Source of the DNA: an uncultured Christensenella sp.
GTDB lineage: Bacteria > Bacillota > Clostridia > Christensenellales > DTU072
Direction: 5' to 3'
NCBI GenBank assembly: GCA_949285605.1
Contig: CASDZI010000005.1
Span: forward strand, 14,508 to 78,507
DNA length: 64,000 nucleotides
The position numbers and the translations under genes are program-made. The notes under the pieces are model-generated. The model was not told where the DNA came from. It saw only the letters and a list, made by a program, of their open reading frames with translations, and searched no databases. Below are positions 58,712-64,000 of this stretch, piece after piece. Numbering within the stretch: the stretch's first letter is position 1; each line of letters opens with the position of its first letter.

Positions 58712-59917
58712 TTATTCGATAATGGCAGACACAACGCCGCTTCCTACGGTCCTTCCGCCTTCACGGATAGCAAAACGGAGTCCCTGTTCGATAGCGATGG
58801 GGGTGATAAGGGTGATTTCCATGGAAACGTTATCACCGGGCATAACCATTTCTACGCCTTCGGGAAGTTTGATGGAACCGGTAACGTCGGTGGTTCTGAA
58901 ATAGAACTGAGGACGATATCCGTTAAAGAAAGGAGTATGTCTTCCGCCTTCTTCCTTCTTCAGAACGTAAACGGAGCTGTTGAAGTGAGTGTGGGGATGA
59001 ATGGAACCGGGCTTAGCCAGAACCTGTCCTCTCTCGATGTCTTTTCTTTCGATACCTCTGAGCAATGCGCCGATGTTGTCGCCTGCCTGAGCGAAGTCAA
59101 GCAGCTTACGGAACATTTCTACGCCGGTAACGGTGGTTTCTCTCGCTTTGTCCATAAGTCCGACGATTTCCACTTTGTCCTGAACTTTGACGGTACCACG
59201 TTCAACTCTGCCCGTAGCCACGGTGCCACGACCGGTGATGGTGAATACGTCTTCGACAGGCATAAGGAAGGGCTTGTCGGTATCTCTTTCGGGAGCGGGA
59301 ATATAGCTGTCGATAGCGTCGAGGAGTTCTCTGATGCAATCGCAGTCGGGGCTGTCGGCATTACCTGCGGCAGCAGCCTGCATGGCTTTGAGAGCGGAAC
59401 CCTTGATGATGGGAATTTCGTCTCCGGGGAAGTCGTAGCTGGTGAGCAGTTCTCTGATTTCCATTTCTACGAGTTCGAGAAGTTCGGGGTCATCGACCTG
59501 GTCGACTTTGTTCATAAATACTACGATGTAGGGAACACCGACCTGACGGGCAAGCAAGATATGCTCACGGGTCTGGGGCATCGGTCCGTCGGTAGCGGCA
59601 ACGACGAGGATAGCTCCGTCCATCTGAGCGGCGCCGGTAATCATGTTCTTGACATAGTCGGCGTGTCCGGGGCAGTCAACGTGCGCATAGTGACGGGTTG
59701 CGGTCTGATACTCGACGTGTGCGGTGTTGATCGTTATACCTCTGGCTTTTTCTTCGGGCGCCTTGTCTATTTCGTCGTAGCGCATAACTTCGGCGTTACC
59801 CATAGAGGCGGCCACCATGGTAATAGCAGCGGTCAACGTGGTCTTACCGTGGTCAACGTGTCCGATGGTACCCACGTTAACGTGCGGTTTGGTTCTTTCA
59901 AACTTAGCTTTTGCCAT
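58712..59917 (-). CDS. tuf: Elongation factor Tu
   Basis: [18 protein letters not shown]. Confidence 0.98.
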   Translation of the reverse strand: MAKAKFERTKPHVNVGTIGHVDHGKTTLTAAITMVAASMGNAEVMRYDEIDKAPEEKARGITINTAHVEYQTATRHYAHVDCPGHADYVKNMITGAAQMDGAILVVAATDGPMPQTREHILLARQVGVPYIVVFMNKVDQVDDPELLELVEMEIRELLTSYDFPGDEIPIIKGSALKAMQAAAAGNADSPDCDCIRELLDAIDSYIPAPERDTDKPFLMPVEDVFTITGRGTVATGRVERGTVKVQDKVEIVGLMDKARETTVTGVEMFRKLLDFAQAGDNIGALLRGIERKDIERGQVLAKPGSIHPHTHFNSSVYVLKKEEGGRHTPFFNGYRPQFYFRTTDVTGSIKLPEGVEMVMPGDNVSMEITLITPIAIEQGLRFAIREGGRTVGSGVVSAIIE

Positions 59918-59973
59918 TTAAAATATCCTCCATAAATTTTAGATATATTTTTTTGATTTTAGTCTTATAATAG

Positions 59974-60002
59974 ATTATAGTATATTTTTTTACGCTTGTC
60001 AC
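59974..60002 (-). promoter_or_regulatory. tuf-proximal sigma-A promoter
   Basis: Minus strand: GTGACA, 17-nt spacer, TATAAT. Confidence 0.5.
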
Positions 60003-60055
60003 GCATTTTTTGAAAAATTTTTACTTTTTTCAAAAATCCGTATTTTTAACGCAAA

Positions 60056-62128
60056 TCAGCCTTTTTTGCCCTCGAGAAGGAGTTTCTTTTCGCTCTGCGG
60101 CACTTCGGTATAGCAGTTAAGCTGCATTACGTAGTTGCCTCTGCCTTGGGTGGCGCTTCTCAAAACGGTGGCATAACCGAACATTTCGCTCAAAGGTATA
60201 TCGGCGTCGATAACTTTGATACCCGGTCTGTCGGTCATTTCCTTTATGGAGCCACGACGGGAGTTGACGGTCCCGAAAACGTCTCCGATATATTCCGGCG
60301 GCACGGTGATTTCCACCGCCATCATCGGTTCGAGTATGGTCGGATCGGCTTTGGATGCAGCGTCCTTGAACGCCATACTTCCTGCGATTTTGAAGCTCAT
60401 TTCCGAGCTGTCGACGTCGTGGAAGCTGCCGTCCACCAGTCTTACTTTGAAGTCCACCATCTCGTAACCTATCAGCACGCCGCCTTTGGCAGCTTCCCTG
60501 ATACCTTCTTCTATAGGTTTGATAAATTCCTTCGGAATTACGCCGCCCACGATTTCGTCGATGAACTCGATGCCCTTTCCGGGTTCGTTGGGTTCCATTT
60601 CGATGATACAGTGACCGTATTGACCTTTACCGCCCGACTGACGAATGTATTTTCCTTCGCCTTTGGCGGGTCTCTTGATTGCTTCTCTGTACGCAACCTG
60701 CGGCTTACCGATGTTGGCTTCCACCTTGAATTCTCTTAAAAGTCTGTCCACTATTATTTCCAGATGGAGTTCTCCCATTCCGGCAATAATGGTCTGCCCG
60801 GTTTCCTTGTCGGTATAGGTACGGAAAGTGGGGTCTTCTTCGGAAAGTTTCATAAGCGCAAGGCTCATTTTTTCCTGTCCGATTTTGGTTTTCGGTTCGA
60901 TGGCAAGACGCACCACGGGTTCGGGGAACACCATGCTGTCCAAAACTATCGGGTGCTTGGGATCGCAAAGAGTTTCGCCGGTAGTGGTGTCTTTGAGTCC
61001 GATTATCGCGACGATTTCTCCTGCGTACGCTTCTTCTATCTGGTCGCGTTCGTTAGCGTGCATTCTGATAAGACGGCCTATTCTTTCCTTACATTTCTTA
61101 TTGGAATTATAGACGGTCATATTCGGGGTCAGCACGCCGGAATAAATACGGAAGAAAGTAAGTTTTCCCACGAAGGGGTCGGCGGCTATCTTGAACGCCA
61201 GTCCGCAGAGAGGTTCGCTGTCGGAAGACGGTCTTTCGATTTCGTTGCCTCTTTCGTCGAAGCCCTTGACGGCGTCCACGTCCAAAGGCGACGGGAGAAG
61301 GTCCACTACGCAGTCTAAGAGGTTCTGCACGCCCTTGTTTCTGTATGCGCTTCCGCAAAGGACGGGGGTAACTTTCATAGCCAACGTCGCTTTACGCAAT
61401 GCGGAAATGATTTCCTCGGTGGTGATTTCTTCCCCTTCGAGGTACTTCATCATTATTTCGTCGTCGAAGTCGGCGCAGGACTCCACGAGGTGGTTTCTTG
61501 CTTCTTCGGCTTTTGCCTGCATATCTGCGGGAATATCTCCTATCACGAACTGCTTGCCTTCCTTGTCGGTATAGGTAATGGAATGCATATGCAGTATGTC
61601 GATTATTCCGGTAAAGGAATCTTCCTTGCCGATGGGCAGACAGATGGGTACGGGATTGGTGTGAAGCCTGGTACGCATCATTTCCACCACGTTGTCGAAG
61701 TCGGCTCCGAGAATATCCATTTTATTGACGAAAGCGACGCGGGGAACTTTATATTTGTCCGCCTGTCTCCAAACGGTTTCGCTCTGAGGTTCCACCCCGC
61801 CTTTGGCGCAGAAAACCGCCACCGCTCCGTCCAGCACACGCAAACTTCTCTCCACTTCCACGGTAAAATCCACGTGTCCGGGAGTATCTATAATATTGAT
61901 GCCGTGGTCTCTCCATTTAATGAAAGTGGCGGCGCTGGTAATGGTAATACCTCTTTCCTGTTCCTGCACCATCCAGTCCATGGTTGCGGCGCCTTCGTGG
62001 GTCTCGCCGAGACGGTGAACTTTATTGGCATAGAAAAGTATCCTTTCGGTGGTGGTGGTCTTACCGGCGTCTATATGTGCCATTATTCCGATATTTCTTA
62101 TTTTCTCTAACGGTACTGCTCTGGGCAT
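60056..62128 (-). CDS. fusA: Elongation factor G
   Basis: [21 protein letters not shown]; 690 aa. Confidence 0.98.
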   Translation of the reverse strand: MPRAVPLEKIRNIGIMAHIDAGKTTTTERILFYANKVHRLGETHEGAATMDWMVQEQERGITITSAATFIKWRDHGINIIDTPGHVDFTVEVERSLRVLDGAVAVFCAKGGVEPQSETVWRQADKYKVPRVAFVNKMDILGADFDNVVEMMRTRLHTNPVPICLPIGKEDSFTGIIDILHMHSITYTDKEGKQFVIGDIPADMQAKAEEARNHLVESCADFDDEIMMKYLEGEEITTEEIISALRKATLAMKVTPVLCGSAYRNKGVQNLLDCVVDLLPSPLDVDAVKGFDERGNEIERPSSDSEPLCGLAFKIAADPFVGKLTFFRIYSGVLTPNMTVYNSNKKCKERIGRLIRMHANERDQIEEAYAGEIVAIIGLKDTTTGETLCDPKHPIVLDSMVFPEPVVRLAIEPKTKIGQEKMSLALMKLSEEDPTFRTYTDKETGQTIIAGMGELHLEIIVDRLLREFKVEANIGKPQVAYREAIKRPAKGEGKYIRQSGGKGQYGHCIIEMEPNEPGKGIEFIDEIVGGVIPKEFIKPIEEGIREAAKGGVLIGYEMVDFKVRLVDGSFHDVDSSEMSFKIAGSMAFKDAASKADPTILEPMMAVEITVPPEYIGDVFGTVNSRRGSIKEMTDRPGIKVIDADIPLSEMFGYATVLRSATQGRGNYVMQLNCYTEVPQSEKKLLLEGKKG

Positions 62129-62209
62129 ATTGTCTCCTTATGAATTTCGCCTTAAAGGCGTACTTTTTCTTTGTAAAAAGAATTTTTCTTCGGTAAATAC
62201 GTATCGATT

Positions 62210-62255
62210 AACATAAAAACGGCATAACTTATTGTTTTTCAACGAGATATGCCGT
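62210..62255 (-). other. Weak terminator-like hairpin in the 165-nt rpsG-fusA spacer
   Basis: Minus strand: ACGGCATA / TATGCCGT 8-bp stem with a 21-nt loop, followed by TTTTAT. Confidence 0.3.
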
Positions 62256-62293
62256 AGTTAAAGCTATTATTGCCTGAAAAGTAAGGAATAATA

Positions 62294-62764
62294 CTAATAT
62301 CTGTAATGAGCGTAAGCCTTGTTGGCTTCTGCCATACGATGGGTATCTTCTTTCTTTTTATAGGCGCCGCCGGCGTTATTGTAAGCGTCCATAAGTTCTC
62401 CGGCAAGTCTTTCCTTCATGGTTTTCTCTCCGCGTTTTCTTGCGTAGAGCACCAACCAACGAATACCGAGGGTCTGACGTCTTTCGGGACGGATTTCCAA
62501 CGGAACCTGATAGTTGCTGCCGCCTACACGTCTGGCTTTTACTTCCAGCACCGGCATAACGTTTTCGAGAGCTTTGGTATAAACTTCGTTGGGGTTGAGA
62601 CCGGTTTTGCTTTCTATAATTTCGAAGGCTCCGTAAACGATTTTCTGAGCGACTCCTCTTTCTCCGTCGAGCATGATCTGGTTGACCAGTTTGGTGACGA
62701 CTTTGGAATTATAAATAGGATCGGGCAACACGTCGCGCTTCGGCACACCACTTCTTCTGGGCAT
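62294..62764 (-). CDS. rpsG: 30S ribosomal protein S7
   Basis: MPRR...[16 protein letters not shown]... Confidence 0.97.
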   Translation of the reverse strand: MPRRSGVPKRDVLPDPIYNSKVVTKLVNQIMLDGERGVAQKIVYGAFEIIESKTGLNPNEVYTKALENVMPVLEVKARRVGGSNYQVPLEIRPERRQTLGIRWLVLYARKRGEKTMKERLAGELMDAYNNAGGAYKKKEDTHRMAEANKAYAHYRY

Positions 62765-62819
62765 TTTATATGTTCCTCCTGACTAATTGTGTAAAAAAAG
62801 TATCTTTCCCGACGCGGAC

Positions 62820-63191
62820 TTATTTAGGTCTCTTCGCGCCGTACTTGCTTCTGGCCTGTTTGCGTTTAGCTACCCCTGCGGTATCCAAAGTTCCGCGGAT
62901 GATATGGTAACGCACACCGGGCAAGTCCTTAACTCTGCCGCCTCTGACCAAAACAACGCTGTGTTCCTGCAGGCTGTGACCGATACCGGGAATATAAACG
63001 GTACCTTCCATGCCGTTGACAAGACGAACCCTCGCTATTTTTCTTACAGCGGAATTAGGCTTTTTGGGAGTGGTCGTGGTGACGGAAAGGCATACGCCTC
63101 TCTTCTGCGGGCATTTTTCCATCATGGGAGTTTGGCTTTTTTTCACCTGACGCTCTCTGCTGTGCCTTATCAGTTGGTTAATTGTTGGCAT
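62820..63191 (-). CDS. rpsL: 30S ribosomal protein S12
   Basis: MPTINQLIR...PKKPNSA.RK..RVRL.NG. Confidence 0.97.
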   Translation of the reverse strand: MPTINQLIRHSRERQVKKSQTPMMEKCPQKRGVCLSVTTTTPKKPNSAVRKIARVRLVNGMEGTVYIPGIGHSLQEHSVVLVRGGRVKDLPGVRYHIIRGTLDTAGVAKRKQARSKYGAKRPK

Positions 63192-63272
63192 TACTGTCCT
63201 CCTTTTGAATACAATGAGCTTAATCCGTATTTTTTCAACCCCTATATTTTGGGATTAACTCATTTTTCGGGC

Positions 63273-63539
63273 TTAAAAAAGTGCGTTTTCCACCGCTTCG
63301 CCGCAAACCGCACAAGGTACGTCCAGACCGAGTCGCTCCCCGAATTCCGCCTTGCTCCCGGCAAAACGGAAGGGCACGTTCCTTTCCGAACACAACTTTT
63401 TCAGTTCGCAGACGATATGGTCGTCAGCGTCCCGTGCTATCAGAACACACCTTATCTGAGAGGCACGGATTCCTCTTACCGTGCGGCGGTAGCCGGCCAC
63501 CACCCGTTCCCGAGGAACTTCTTTGAAGAATTTGTCCAC
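63273..63539 (-). CDS. L7Ae-family ribosome-associated protein (YbxF/RplGB-like)
   Basis: Start moved to the GTG at 63539 (AAAGGAGA, 7 nt, GTG). ..IRCVLIARDAD.. is L7Ae-like. The position upstream of rpsL matches Bacillus ybxF. Confidence 0.7.
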   Translation of the reverse strand: MDKFFKEVPRERVVAGYRRTVRGIRASQIRCVLIARDADDHIVCELKKLCSERNVPFRFAGSKAEFGERLGLDVPCAVCGEAVENALF

Positions 63540-63591
63540 TAAACGTCTCCTTTCAATGAACAAGTTACCCGCTTTTTCCGCAGGCTAATAA

Positions 63592-63620
63592 ATTATACAA
63601 AATTAAAATTACGTTGTCAA
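63592..63620 (-). promoter_or_regulatory. Consensus sigma-A promoter of the L7Ae-rpsL-rpsG-fusA operon
   Basis: Minus strand: TTGACA, 17-nt spacer, TATAAT. Confidence 0.65.
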
Positions 63621-63635
63621 TTAAAAAATCCTTAT

Positions 63636-64000
63636 TTATTCCAAAGAATAAACGACTTTTCCTTTGAACTCGGTAAAAGCGTCTTCGTCGAAAGTAAGGT
63701 CGGACTCGGCGCAGCCGAAGGTAACTTCGGCGTGAGAACCGTAAAAAGCGTATTTCCCTACCGAAACCACTCCGACGGGAAAAACGATTTTTCCGTTGAA
63801 AGCGTTGAACGCAAGCTCGCCTATTTCGGTATAAAGACTGCCCGAAGCGAAGGTTATCGAGGACGTACAGCGGTAAAAAGCGTTCTTGCCTATGCTTTCC
63901 ACGCTCAAGGGAATTACGAGAGACGCTCCGCCGTAACCGTAAAACGCCTTTTCGCCGATGGCTTTAAGTCCGGTTTTCGACAAATCCACTTTTGCGGCGC
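63636..64000 (-). CDS. BspA-type leucine-rich-repeat protein, 5' end outside the window
   Basis: Repeats of ..IG..AFY.C.S...I... The frame stays open to base 64000; the 'M' at 63989 in the ORF track is an internal GTG. Confidence 0.6.
   Translation of the reverse strand, partial: AAKVDLSKTGLKAIGEKAFYGYGGASLVIPLSVESIGKNAFYRCTSSITFASGSLYTEIGELAFNAFNGKIVFPVGVVSVGKYAFYGSHAEVTFGCAESDLTFDEDAFTEFKGKVVYSLE

Overview
This 64-kb window looks like a spore-forming Bacillota (Clostridia-type) chromosome. The evidence is strong Shine-Dalgarno sites, addAB, a gerA-type germination operon, and an L7Ae-like gene upstream of rpsL. All calls come from reading the sequence and recognising motifs; no database search was run.

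Most of the window is core housekeeping on the minus strand, in three separate blocks:
- L7Ae-rpsL-rpsG-fusA-tuf (63.5 to 58.7 kb)
- rpmG-secE-nusG-rplK-rplA-rplJ-rplL (36.5 to 33.1 kb)
- rpoB-rpoC-metK-recD2-comFC (29.8 to 18.2 kb)

Other recognisable content:
- a paaK-iorA-iorB-paaK-ACT aryl-pyruvate operon
- a Na+/solute symporter
- a metallophosphoesterase/DUF218/DUF2804-like operon
- a heterodimeric ABC exporter
- gtrA-like/S4/ispDF genes, rplI and a DUF1540 gene
- addAB, a GNAT gene and an S58/P1 peptidase gene

The most unusual region is 36.6-43.9 kb, a co-directional ten-gene locus with its own consensus promoter and terminators. Nine of its genes are built from only three uncharacterised modules:
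- a C-x2-C...C-x2-CGK(K/R)RPR zinc ribbon
- a short Q-P...V-P-F...Q-P...Y linear motif, often followed by an acidic/aromatic tail
- a claudin-like four-TM membrane module

These modules occur both fused and split. The tenth gene encodes an internally shortened ACP-like protein. I recognise no characterised family for the locus and flag it as the candidate undescribed system.

Other items worth a second look:
- a glnS pseudogene that has lost the HIGH motif
- a recombining array of lipoprotein paralogs at 0.9-4.2 kb
- a 63-aa protein with 15 cysteines next to the germination operon
- a GerxC homolog without a lipobox cysteine

No rRNA, tRNA, CRISPR array or mobile element was seen.
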